The notes under the pieces are model-generated. The model made no database searches. It saw nothing but the letters and a program-made list of their open reading frames with translations, and had not been told where the DNA came from. Of a stretch of 64,000 nt of DNA, positions 51,425 through 63,765 are shown one piece after another; position 1 is the stretch's first letter; each line of letters opens with the position of its first letter. Origin of the DNA: Ramazzottius varieornatus (taxonomy: Eukaryota; Animalia; Tardigrada); contig BDGG01000002.1 in NCBI GenBank assembly GCA_001949185.1, positions 2,539,826-2,603,825 of the forward strand. The letters are read 5' to 3'. The position numbers and the translations under genes were made by a program.

Positions 51425-52620
51425 ATGATGTGCGGAACACCTTTGGTCTTCCTCCTCGTAGGATTTTCCTGGGCGGGTTCTCCTTTCTTCGACAACAGCA
51501 ACTGTGAGTTTATCGAACTTAGTGTATGGTATGCCACGGTAACCAGCGCAAATTGTAAGGCACAAAACATGACAAATTGTTTTTACTTTCAGTTGGAAAT
51601 TTTCAACCTATGAATTTTCCTAAATTCCAATTCAGCGGGATGAATGCATTCTCCAATCTTCAGACACAAGGTCAGACTCAGGGACAGAGCGCCGCCACCG
51701 GAGAGGGTACCGCTGACAGTGGTCAGTTGACCAGCGTCCAAAACTCCGACATGAAGACCAATGACGCCGGTACCTTGTCCACCGGGGGCAGTCTCGGTCA
51801 GTGTCAAGGTACCAACTGCAACATAAATGGCGCTTCCCAAGTCGGTACGCAAGGCGCCTTCCAAAGTCAAGGCTCTTTGGGCAGCCAAAAGCTTTTCAAT
51901 GGACAAGGTGGTTTCAACAGCGGAGGGTTCCCGTCCTTCGGCATGTTTGGCGGTTCTGATAACACCGGCCTGCAAAGCCAGTTTCAAAGTCAATTCCAGA
52001 ATAGTGGCGCTGCGGTCGGGAGCGGTCAAGTCGCTGCGGGGACCGTCAACTCCGCCCAGAACACCAATGCGATTACCAACAAGGAAGGCACTCGAGTTCT
52101 CTCTACTAACATTGGTTCCGGACAAGGTACAAACTTGGGGTTGTCGGGGGCAGTTCAGGCTCAAGGACAGGGCCAAACTGCTGGTCAGATTTCCGGGATC
52201 AAGTCTACTAACACCAAGACTGGGGTGATGAACGGTCAAGGAGCCGATTTCGAGCAGAACAGCGCCAATCAAGGCATCAACCGTCAGAGTCAGTCACAGT
52301 CTCAAGGAACGGGCGCGGCTACTGGCCAAGCAAACGTCGTGGAAGGAAGTGCTCAGAACTTGCTGAGCTCGGATGTCAACACGAACAATGGGGGAACTTC
52401 CGTCAGCTCCAATGCGGCCAACACAGCCAGCGGAAAGGGATTAAGAGTGAGCGGAGCAGTCAGCGCCGGTGGGGGCTCCCAGTCGCAAGTTCAAACGAAT
52501 TCTCTGCAGGAAATGCTGGCTGGCCTGGGACGTCGACCACAAGTTCAAGCGAGAAACAACTATCCGGCTCCTGTTCCAGTAACTTCGGTCCTCCCTGCAC
52601 CAAAAGCACCTGGCTATTAA
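51425..52620 (+). CDS. Secreted Gln/Gly/Ser/Asn/Thr-rich protein with three 64-aa repeats (about 368 aa, 2 coding exons)
   Basis: Exon 51425-51503 (signal peptide MMCGTPLVFLLVGFSWA) spliced in phase 1 to 51593-52620; long open frame with internal repeats. Confidence 0.85.
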
Positions 52621-52779
52621 CGTCCCTGTCAAACTGAGCCTAACCGTGCGAGTCAATCAGTCCATGAACATTTTATAAAGAAAATTTTGTTTTTCGTTTC
52701 GTAACTCCGGTCAAGTAACTGACGCGTTTCAAGAAGAAGAAAACATGAGTAAAATGTCTGGAAATAGCAGATCACAAAA

Positions 52780-53852
52780 CTACTGGTCCACCTTCTTTAC
52801 TTCTGTATCATTTGCTTCTATACTGAACAAGATGTCAGAAAGAACGCTTGAGACTGATGTAGCAATGAGAACGGGATTTTCAGCCGCGCGCTCTGTGTTG
52901 CTTTCACACAGGGAAGTTTCCGCTTTGGGTTTCACTGTTACAACCATGGTAGGGTACTCGACTATAATATGGCCAGCCAGACAGTCTTTCAATTTTCTCT
53001 TCGAGCTGAGCGAAATTTCTCTCCGGGAAGGAAGTGAGTAGGCAGGATCCAGTCGAAGCTTCACTTCTAGCGAGTCAGCGTTCACGTTCCGAAAGCGGGA
53101 TGTGAGAAGTTCTTTCGTCTTCTCGTCCAATGGGGTCGTTGAAGGTAGGGACTTTATTAGGTCGAACAGACGAATGTGCTCCATACATCGATGCTTCAGA
53201 ATATCTGCAAAGAGAAGAAAAATGTATCGGTTAGAATGCTCATTATCGGTACGAAATCTAGTAAGAAATCCCACAACGGTTGAACGGCACCCCACATAAC
53301 CAGTATGCCCAGTACCGCTCGCCATGGGCGCCAGAAGTGGTTTGTACCCATTAGCTTGTAATCTCCGAACGCGTCAGTTGATTCACTTGATTGAACAATC
53401 CATCTAACAGTCCAGAACATTTTGTTTCCGCCGTAGTAAGTCCGATTCTCCTTCCGTTTTGGAAACCACTCCGCGAGTAAACGCAGGTCCACCCTTCTTC
53501 TGTTGGCTTCGTCCACGAGGACTTGCTTGTGCTTCATGGGATCGACAGACTTCATCAGCTTCTGGGCGTTCTCCGTGATGCGTGCTGCGTCGTCCAGCAG
53601 GCAAATGTCGGAATGGAGGGTAAATTCGTCGAAGGTGGAGCGGCTCACAAACTTTGCTCGGTCTCGCTTGCCCGAACATTTATCACGAATTTTGTGGGTT
53701 ACGGAACAGGGTAAGGAGCAGGTGGTAAGCGCGCAACGAGGACAGCGATATTTGCTAGAGGATTCTTGGCAGATTTGGCACGCAGACAATGCCAGCTTCG
53801 AGGTCGCTTGCTCGTCGTGCTCCTCCACATCGTACTGCGCTATCGCTTCCAT
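52780..53852 (-). CDS. ZNHIT6: Box C/D snoRNP assembly factor BCD1 (zf-HIT protein), about 309 aa
   Basis: zf-HIT CQIC..YRCPRC..TCSLPC..HK..CSGKRD followed by SDxxLL, KRKENRT, FWTVRW and IVEYPT motifs; exons 53852-53348 and 53204-52780. Confidence 0.9.
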
Positions 53853-53979
53853 GGCTCGAGGAAAAGTCAAAGGAGAGATCAGAAGAGCCAAGACTCAAGA
53901 GTTCGTACAACAGAAAACAGAACGGAAAAGAACTCCTAATGCAGGAGCTGGCGTTCGGAAAACGGTGAAAAGCTAAGGC

Positions 53980-53998
53980 TGAGAGAGAGAGAGAGAGA
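53980..53998. repeat. (GA)n microsatellite in the ZNHIT6/ACSL divergent promoter region
   Basis: Run of GA dinucleotides; any GAGA-type regulatory role is speculative. Confidence 0.8.
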
Positions 53999-54593
53999 AA
54001 CGAGTTTGCGATTCCCTGTGGCCCCAACGGAAGGGTATGTGCGCAGAGTATGCGCCGGGTGCATTGCGCGCGTACCAAAGTGGGCCAATCGGACCACGAC
54101 CAATTTATACGACAGCCTATCGTAGCACCTCCCCAAATATGGTTTTCCGGAGCAAGTTTAACTGTTTTGCTTTTTCCATGAAACCATTGAAACGTTATCC
54201 TTGGTCTTCCTCTCCCGACATCCTCCCGTATTATCCTACTTCTGTCTGGTTTAACATGTCCTGCGGATCATCTTCTTTTTTAGGTAAGCCGATATGGTCG
54301 AAGCTGAATGCGCGTTGGAGCTGTACAGATACCACGTGAACGGAACCTGCTCTATCCTTATCAGCGTTTAATCATTGTTGCCGAATGTCAGATGGAACCA
54401 CGTTCGTCTGGCTTCGTTACATCGTCCCTGGACGCCTCCAACCCAGTTCTTTCTTGTGGATGTTATCTCAATATCTACTTGTCGTTGAAGAATAATTTTT
54501 ATTGCAGGCTGAATTGCTTCGTTGAAAGGAAACTCTGCTCTGACGGGGCTGGTAATTCGTCCAGCTGCGACTGTCAGAAAGCCCGTTCGAAAG

Positions 54594-57500
54594 ATGGTAA
54601 GTCGCTTTCCATTTTCGGCCCGAATATTTTTCTAAATGTTTACAGCACCTTCTATTTCCTTTCAGGCTTTCATAGCGGTCGTTTTGAGTATACTATCAAC
54701 TTTGGTCGGAATTGTAATTTTCCCGTTGTCTGTCATCTTCCTGTACGACTACTTCACTGCACCGGAACCGCAGCGCGTCAAGAATTTTGACTACAATCAG
54801 CAGACTGAAGAGGTGGGATGTGGTCAAAGGCCATGTAGATGTCTGAGAGTGGTCTTAGTTTTTGTTGGAATTTTATAGGATGAGAATGGAATTAGGAAAC
54901 GCCGCTTTACGGGCAAGCCCGAAGAAGTGGGCTTTACCTTCCCCAAGACGCTCTATGAGAATTTCCAGCGAGGCATGCAAGTTTCCGGTGAGTTCAGCTT
55001 CTGCTTGTAGTCTGTCAACATTTTGACTGTCGTAAAGGCACAGAGGTTTTGTCGTATGCATCGCAGCTTTGTGGTTGCGTAAGGGATGACTGTTCAAACA
55101 GAAAACAAGGTTGACTAAGTTACTGTGTTGTGTGTCAAACTGTGTGTGTCAGCACAGCCTGCACTTTCTGGTTCCTCCAGTCAGTTACTTCGTCCTTCTC
55201 TTCCACGTGTTTCCTGCTTCTGGCAAGACACATCATCACATCACAGCAAACACAGAAATTAGCGAGCTTTAATCCAGCCATCTTTGAGCGCGATCGTAAA
55301 CAGAAACCCAGCACGAAACAACAGTAGACATACGATTGATTGGAGATGTTGATTGACAGACAAGTGAGACGAGTTGCTTGACCACAAATACTGTTTATTC
55401 GCTTGATTGGGCAAATCTTCGTGTTGTACCAGTTGACGGACGTCATTGATTGATCAGGTCGAGCGAAGCGAGGCAAGCGAGCGAGCGCGCGCGCCAGCCA
55501 GTTTCCTTGTGGACCCGCGGTCCATGAGATTCTCTGGCTCAGAATGTCGAAACAGGTCTCGGTCCACGAGATTCTAAAAATTTTATTAGGAGAGCCCTAA
55601 GCTGGTCCATGAGATTTGTTTTGAAGCTTCGCTAGCCACATAGTCTGGTCGACAAGATTTTCGAACCTTGACGCGCGTTTGAAGCGAGGCCCTTCCATGG
55701 GTGTGTGCTTACAAGGGAACTTTTGCAGGCGATGGCGACTTATACGGAGTTCGTGAGACTCCAACGGCTCCCTACACATGGATCAAGTACTCTGATGTCT
55801 TCAAGCGAGCCAAGAACTTCGGAGCTGGGCTGATTGCCAAAGGACTACCGCCGAAGAATGATACCTTCATCGGTATCCAGGCACAGAACTCTGTGGAGTG
55901 GGTTGTGGTCGAGCAAGCTGCGAATGCTTACTCGATGGTCATCGTTCCTTTGTACGATACGCTCGGAGTTGAAGCCTGCAACTACATCATCAACTTCAGT
56001 AAGGACATGTCGTGGATCTCCACAGTTTGTCCTTGAGTTCGAGGCTCGACTGTGCTTTTTCTTTGCAGTGAACATTACAACCGTCGTTGTGGACACTGTC
56101 GATCGACTGAAGAATATTGTCAACGTGAGTATCAGATCTTCTTTATGGTTTCTCTGCCCATTTGTTCGAGGTGTCTTACTTTCTGTGCCGTCTTTTAGAA
56201 CGTGGAGAAGGTGAAGGCTTTGCAGCGAATTATCTGCGTGGCCGATGTTCCAGCGGACCTACGTACGAAGGCTGAAGGTGCCAATGTGGAGCTCGTCTTG
56301 TTCAAAGACATCGAGGTATTCCATAGTATTCACCAGCTGGGTTTCATTGTAGCTTCTGCCTCTGTATTCTCTTTAAATTGCGCACCGATTAATGGGCTGA
56401 GTTGTTAGCTTGTTTTCAATCTCGATGGATTGCAGGCACTTGGTCAACAAAAGCCTCACGATGTGGTTCCACCCAAGCCATCCGATGTAGCCACCATCTG
56501 CTGCACCAGCGGCACCACCGGAGATCCCAAGGGAGTTCTTATCACCCACGAAAACTTCATGGCCGAAGATGAAGCTCTTGTCAACCATTTGCTGGTACGT
56601 TCAGAACAGTTTTCGCTCACTCGCAAGCCGTCCCTTGAAACCAAGGATTTAATTGCCGGAAAGAGCCGGGGAAGTAGCGATTTGGGTAAAGACTCATAGC
56701 TCATAGGCCTGAAATTTCTTGCTTTTCCAGCCACTGCGATTCGACACCAATGATGTCGTTATTTCTTACCTCCCGCTGGCTCATCTGTATGAACGCATGG
56801 GTAAGAAAACAACCTTCGCATCCATTACAATATGTGGAACGAGGGGAAACAAAGTCGGCAAGATTGTTCTCCCAGGTGGCGCACATTTTCAGTCTGCCAC
56901 ACTGAAAGTGTGCGCCATTTGGGAAACTTTTCTGTCAGGATTGTTAGCCAAGCTCCCGTTTCAGTCTCCAAACTGCTAATGTTCGATAGGAATTCATTGC
57001 CTCTTTGGCTGAAATCTTCGGAAATTAGGAAAGTTTCGTTGCGGACAGATTTTGGATATTGAAAGCTGAATGTCATTTTCAAGCTAGAATATTTTACTGG
57101 CTCTCATCTCCATTTTGCTGAATAGTGCATATCGTGATGCAAACACACGGAGCTAAACTGGGTTTCTTCACGGGTGACGTGCGTCGTCTGACTGACGATA
57201 TCAAGGAGCTGAGACCGACTTTGCTTCCGGCAGTGCCGCGAGTGTTGGGCCGCATCTACGCTGGTGTGTGGAAGAAGGCACGGGAGAACTATGTCACCCG
57301 CGCCATCCTTCACGTCGCCTTCCGCATGAAGCGCGTGGAAGTGTACCGTGGCATCATCCGACAAGACAGTATCTGGGACAAGCTGGTCTTCAAGAACGTG
57401 CGTAAACAAATGGGTGGTCGTCTGCGGTTCATCCTGACGGGCTCGGCTCCGATAGAGGGCGACGTGCTGACCTTCCTTCGCGTTGCTTTGGGCATTCCGG

Positions 57501-59052
57501 TAAAACACCCTTCACTGTCGCGCAGATTTCGCTGGTACTAACGGAAAGTCTTTTCTTTTAGGTTCTGGAAGGATATGGACAAACGGGTAAGAACAAGTGA
57601 TTGAAAATAGAATCTGCGCCTTACGCGCGGATGGTTCACCGGCCTGCGTACTTCCGGCCAAGCAATTCTACTGGCTTCGAAGGTATGCAGGTCGATGAAC
57701 GGGACAGCCCGACGTGCTATACCTGCATACAGGCGTTCATGTAGTGTTATAGTATGTCAGTATGCAGGTGCTTCGAACATCTGCTCCTCATCGGCATATT
57801 CGTGGTTGTTTCTGTTCTTCGCGCACGTGAAGAATTTTTTGGCAGCATTTGATCTTTTTCAAATGCCGAGCTGATTTTACCTGGTGTTTTCTGTCTTTCA
57901 GAGTCGACTGGCGGAGCGACCTTGACTGTGATTGGTGACAACACGGTAGAGCATGTGGGACCTCCGATGGTGGGTGTGGAGGTGAAGCTGGTGGATGTGC
58001 CTGACATGGAGTACAAGGCCAGCGAAGGCACTGGCGAGGTTTGCATGCGCGGCAAGATTGTCATGAGAGGCTACTACAAGCTGGATGACAAGACCAAGGA
58101 AGCCTTGGATGACGAAGGATGGCTGCATACTGGCGACATCGGTACTTGGGACGAAGTAAGTTCCAGCCCAATTTTCAAAAACGTTCATCCACCAATCAGA
58201 TTTTCCCGATAAGGGATGATGAAATTGGACCTGGAACGTTGACAGATGAATTCACCCAGATCGTTTTTCCAACGGGCGCACGCTCCCAGCCAATAACCAT
58301 GAGATAGTGCGCCACTTTGGCATGGTGAGATCACTCAGATAATTTTCTCCAAGTGGCGCACACTCGCAGTGAGTAACACCGAAGTGGTGCGCCACTTGAG
58401 ATGGCGATCTGGGTGAAACCATTTGCCGACGTCACAACTGTAGAAAATTTCGAAGGAAACTGAATCACGTTAGACTAAACGGAAATTTTTGCCGTGTACA
58501 GAAAGGCTGTCTGAAGATCGTCGATCGCAAGAAAAACCTCTTCAAGCTGAGCCAGGGAGAGTACATCGCGCCAGAGAAGCTGGAGCAGCACTTCGGCAAG
58601 TCCAAGATGTTCGTGCAGGTCTTCATCGATGGTAACAGCAAGTTCGCATTCCCAGTAGCCCTGGTGGCTCCTGAAAAGGACAACTTGGTCAAGTTCGCCA
58701 GAGAGGAAGGCTTGGACGCGTCTAACTATGGCAAGTTCTTGGACAGTAAGCAAGCCAAGGACTTCATCCTGAAAGAGTTTGCGCGCATTGCCAAGAAGGA
58801 CGAGATCAAGTCCTTCGAAGTACCGAAAGCTGTCCACCTGCTGAAGGAACCCTTCTCCGTCGCCAACAACATGCTGACACCAACTTTCAAAGTAACGGAA
58901 ACAGTCGGAAAACAAAAGGGGATTCTCTAGAAGTTCCTTTTCTCCATCTGATTGACATAATGTTGGTTTGTTTTCAGGCCAAGCGGGAAGTGGTGAGAAA
59001 GACCTACAAGAAGACTATCGACGATTTGTACAAAGAAGGGCAACAAGAGTGA
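54594..59052 (+). CDS. ACSL: Long-chain fatty-acid-CoA ligase (ACSL1/5/6-like)
   Basis: N-terminal TM anchor, [46 protein letters not shown]|[42 protein letters not shown]|AKR; multi-exon; stop at 59050-59052. Confidence 0.95.
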
Positions 59053-60288
59053 GGTCGAGGAAGGCAGTACAGCTCTTCCATTTCTTTTGGTATTCTTCGC
59101 TTTGATTGTACTAATTTTGGCTAGGCTTTTTAACGTGCGAAGTTTCTTGTCAAGGACTGCCCATACAAGGCAGGTTGTTCACACTCGTATCTTTCTGCTC
59201 ACTATAGTTCTGTTTTCCATTTTATTGCTTTATACATGAGTGTTCCGTGTAGTACAGTCCCATAGCGAGAGAGTTCGTTCTTTTATTTGTTAGTGCGCAT
59301 TCCTTACCATTCAGAGCGTGTGTCTGTTTTGGTCGATTTTGTCTGATTAACTTTACGCTTACCCAGTTCAGCTGGTTGTGGGTTTTTTGTGGAAAATTCG
59401 TGTATCTCAGTTGAATATATTGTCGTATGCCCATCTCCAATGGGATGATATCTGGAATTCTGGATGATAGGTCGTTTGTCCGTCAGGGAGATTGTGATTC
59501 GTACGCTTACCGTGTGGTATGGGCTCGTTTTATTTGAAACGATCATCATGGCGCTCTTTGCTCAAAGCGTTCACGAGCCAGTTTTGTCATCTTTTTCCTC
59601 AAGCGTAATTCTTTCAATTTGGAATACCTCCTTTCTTCAGAAGCACATAGTCGTTTCTCAAACATAATCCGTCACTGTAACACGACTTCTCGCACTGAAT
59701 TTCGATGGCAAAAAGGTCGATATCTCCAAATGAAGAGGAAAACACAGATCGTTGTTCTATCGTACCTGGTGTACGATAGAACACATGGTACACCATGTGT
59801 CCAAAGCCCATAGCTCCGTTGTTTTACGATTGGACACATGGTGTACCGGCGTCAAACATCCAGGTTGCGAGAGCCCATCAAGCTATCTTGAAACTTCCTC
59901 ATCGGACCGTTCTCTGCCAAGCGTTGCATAGTTCGCCGACGCGCACAATATGGCGCATAAGAAAACAGCTGTAGATAGTAGATAGATATGTAGATAGAAC
60001 GTAGATAGATAGAACGAGGAAATCTCCATGGTTTTGGGAATCGACATAGCTTGAGGAATGCTTTAGTGGATGGACAAAACACTTCCTGCATGTAGTTTGT
60101 GACAATAGTTTAATTGGGAACTGTTCAAAGAAAGGGAATCCGGTTTCTCAAGGATACGAGTTATCTGTAACAGGTATCACCAGACTGTTGCGTATCTTGA
60201 GACGAGTGCAAACTAAATGCACAGTGTATTAAAGTGGCGAACAGGATTTTCAAACAATACTCTCACATACGGCAGGGGATCTGGCATT

Positions 60289-60294
60289 TATAAA
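60289..60294 (+). promoter_or_regulatory. Candidate TATA box of the 60406 orphan gene
   Basis: TATAAA about 115 nt upstream of the ATG; position only. Confidence 0.4.
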
Positions 60295-60405
60295 GCCAGG
60301 ACTATGCGGAGTTTCCTCGCGTTACCGACTTACCGTTACTGTTCGTTCCTGTTAGTGATTTTTGTTTTCGTTTGCAACAGCTAGATCTTCTCGGTACAGC
60401 ACCGT

Positions 60406-60948
60406 ATGATGGAGTTTACCCCTACTAGCCGCGTCATAGATGCTTCCTGCGCCATCACCAACACAAAGTTCCCTCATCTGATTCGCGGAAGTCCGAAGGA
60501 GTTTCTCATTGACCACGGTCCCTTCACAGTACCGCTATGGATCCACAACGAAGACGTCCGAGAAGACCAGAAGGAGCAGTTGGGCAAGATGATGCACGAG
60601 TACCGCCAGCGTACAACCGAAGCCAAGGCCAGATTCCAATGTGAAAGCGACGTTATGGCTACTCATCCATTCGAGTGGAAGGTGCGGGAAGAAGGCGACC
60701 TCCTGCCAGTGCAGGTCATCATCGATCACAGCAAGTCCGCCCACAACTGCAACCCCGTCATCCGCGACTGTCCGGCCTACTTCAAGATTCGCAACAGCCT
60801 GTCCATGGAAGGCAACGAGTACATAATAGGTCCAGGGGAGGAAGCGTGGGTGCCGGCCCGAGCGATGTGGCTGAACAACAGGCAGTTGGTTCAGGAGTGG
60901 CTGAGACAGCACTGCATAGGTTCGCGCTATGCAGAGTATCACTGGTAA
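60406..60948 (+). CDS. Hypothetical protein, 180 aa, uninterrupted ORF, no recognised family
   Basis: ATG-to-TAA ORF with C/G-ending codon preference like the neighbouring ACSL exons, globular composition and an upstream TATAAA. Confidence 0.7.
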   Translation: MMEFTPTSRVIDASCAITNTKFPHLIRGSPKEFLIDHGPFTVPLWIHNEDVREDQKEQLGKMMHEYRQRTTEAKARFQCESDVMATHPFEWKVREEGDLLPVQVIIDHSKSAHNCNPVIRDCPAYFKIRNSLSMEGNEYIIGPGEEAWVPARAMWLNNRQLVQEWLRQHCIGSRYAEYHW

Positions 60949-61866
60949 CTGGATGGATGGTCGACGGACGTTACTTTACCCCGTTGCTTCACTAAAGCGA
61001 ATTATTTCTTTACCTAGTATGGTGTCATGAGTGTTGTTACTTTCAGTGAGGCCTAATGTCATTCATTTCTGAAGTGGTGATGATCGACTTTTTTTCAAAG
61101 GAATTTCCTTGCTTTACCCGCGCGGTTTGTTGTGTTACGGTGTCAGCTATTGACGGTTTGTTTTCCCAAGAAGTTGTACTGGATTTTTATACTCGTTTTA
61201 CTTTCCCAGCGCATTGTTGCGTTATTTTACAGTGGTTGACATGGGATTGCTTTGCGCAAGATTCTCGTTGGTTTACGTATCAGTAAAGGTATTGGTTTCA
61301 ACCTCGGCTATCTGCACCTCGAATTCTCAATGGTAGGACGTTAATCCGCCGTCTAGTTTTATCAGTGAATACAAAGGACAAAACTAATGAGAAAAGTGAA
61401 ATTACATAGATGCTCTGGGACCTGATCTTGGACGAGCGGTAAAAGCTTCTGGGAGCCACAGTAAACAGGCGAAGTACCCCTCCCACTAATCCGCCTGCAG
61501 GGCAGGCACATTGTTTTCTACCATGATGCTTTTAGCACTCTTCGATACCCAGTCGAGTCTCTCGAGACTCCTTGTTTTCGAAGAGAGTTTTCCGGTACCA
61601 AGCGCATGACCCTCGAGCACCGCTGTAACAGGATGCTGGTGATCGCACAGATACAGTAATCCTGTGTGGGTGTCTCGTGGATCCCTTCACACTTTAATAA
61701 TCAAACAGTAAGGATGGAGCTCGAGTGCACCACTAGTTGGAAAAAATTCTATCCGTTAACGCTTGCGCTTTCACTAAAGAAACTTCTACTGTATACCTCA
61801 TTCAGCGGCTGCCTTTTTAGAGCTTTAGGTCTTACTACGCTGTCTGCGAAACGCAGCAATTCGAAG

Positions 61867-63363
61867 ATGGAAATTGTCGAAAGTCAGTTCTTGAATGGAT
61901 GGTTTTTCCGTTATCTCAAAGTTTCGGGTATCTACTTCTACGGACAACCAAAGGTGTGGCAACAAAAGCTCCCGCTTGCCGGCCGCAAGCGCGATTTTGT
62001 TCCGGACATGCTTCAAGCTGTTTCTGCGGTATGCTGTAGTCTGCTGATCATCGCGATGCTGGCAGATTACGCTCTATTCTACCTGGAAGAGATCCAGACA
62101 TACGATTTTTTCGTCGTTGTGGCCTTCATCAACCGGATCCACTACTCAGGTCAAGTACCCCTGATATTTTTAGCATGCTTCGTTTGTCGACACAGAATTC
62201 GCAAACTCCTCCGCGATGTAAGCGTCATGGCAAGCGAAACCATGTCGTTGAAAGACTTACAGATTTGGCGCAACAGAAACTCCGCGATGATCGTGATGTG
62301 GTTGGCATTGTGTCATGGTTTCCATTTGCTTTTTATTTCTCTTAGAACAATTGGTTTCTTGGAGAACGCAAATGACACGGTTCCAATATTTGGGAACAAA
62401 GGCAGCATCCGAGCACCAACGTTAATTTTTTCTACCCTTTCTTCGGCGAGCGTGCTTTTGAGCCTAAACGTCGACCTAGCCGTGCAAGTCTTTTACTTCA
62501 GCGTTATATTGATCATGATCCGAATACTGCACAACGTTCACCAGGTTTTGGCCCAGCTGAGCGGGCATGATGCAAAAGTCACAGTTAGAACAGAATATAG
62601 CATGGTCGATTGGGCGGCGAACGTTGTAATTCGAATGCGACAATTGTACAAGCGATTGAATCGAGCCTTTGGGTATATCATTTTCCTCAATTGCATGCGA
62701 GACCTTACGGCCATGGTCGCGCTTATGTCAGTGCTTTTAGAAACCGATCTCTCTGTGAGGCCTGGAGAGACGCCCCAACAACACCAGAAGCGCGCGAGTG
62801 TCCACGATTTAAAACAAAACATTGTCATTTGTGAATTTTTCATTTCAATTTCTAACGCAATCCTCAGATGGACTATTTGCGCCTACAGTCACAAACAGGT
62901 ACCCTAGAGTTTTGTCTAATTGTCCCAAAACGTCGTCTTACAGCACCTGCTGAATGCTGCTTTCTGTTAGAGTGGAGAGCTAATCGACCGGTTGGAGATC
63001 ATTGCGATGGACACGCCACTGCCGCACGTCAAGAAAGCTTGCGAAGAGGCTATATCGAAGATAGATCCGTGCAGCTCGGGTATTTCCGCAGCTGGATTTT
63101 TTCATATCACTAAAGAGTATATCGCTGGAGTAAGGCTCACTAAACTTCCATCGTGTGTCTTCTACTGTAGCTGCCTTACTTACGATTCTAATTTGTTTGC
63201 TTGATTGCAGGTCTTCGGAGTATTCTTCACGTACGCCGTACTGATCTATCAAGCAAGAGACAGTAAAACGAGCGCCCAAAACTTTGCCAACCATTTAACC
63301 TCAGATCTGAAGAACTCAACCAAGGTGATCCTGGAAGCAGTTGCGCTTAACAGAGGACCGTGA
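61867..63363 (+). CDS. Gustatory-receptor (7TM ion channel, GR/GRL) family chemoreceptor
   Basis: Exons 61867-62898, 62971-63129 and 63211-63363; multiple TM segments; C-terminal ISAAGFFHITKEYIAG|VFGVFFTYAVLIYQ matches the GR TM7 TYhhhhhQ signature, with phase-0 3' introns typical of the family. Confidence 0.85.
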
Positions 63364-63765
63364 ATTGATATTGCGCACTAATCCACCTGTTTTGAACATT
63401 TGAGACCTTTCAATCCAGCCTTCTGGTCGAAGCGGAACTTTTGAATCTGACAATAGGTCAGTGGTTCTCACAAAAGTCTAGCTGATCTTGGAATTCTAAA
63501 CCCACCAAGAAACAGAATCAAACAAGCGAGAGCAACTTGAACTTACTGGTATCTTACACAGCATAATGAGCATATCATAGGGAAACCGACAGGCAGTTGC
63601 CCGGCCATTTCTGCCTGGCGCGGCACAACAAGGAATCAAGACAGCCACAGGACTTTGACTAGTCTTCGTGCTGTTTCCAGAGGGGAACCCCATGCAGTCA
63701 CTCGCAAGGCGATCCGTCAGCTCAGCGCGGTCCTACAAAACTGTCTGGGATGTGGGGCGCTTTTG

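Noticed and set aside
56700-57125. Mutually exclusive gate exons as in vertebrate ACSL6
   Set aside because: Only one SYLPLAH exon was found.
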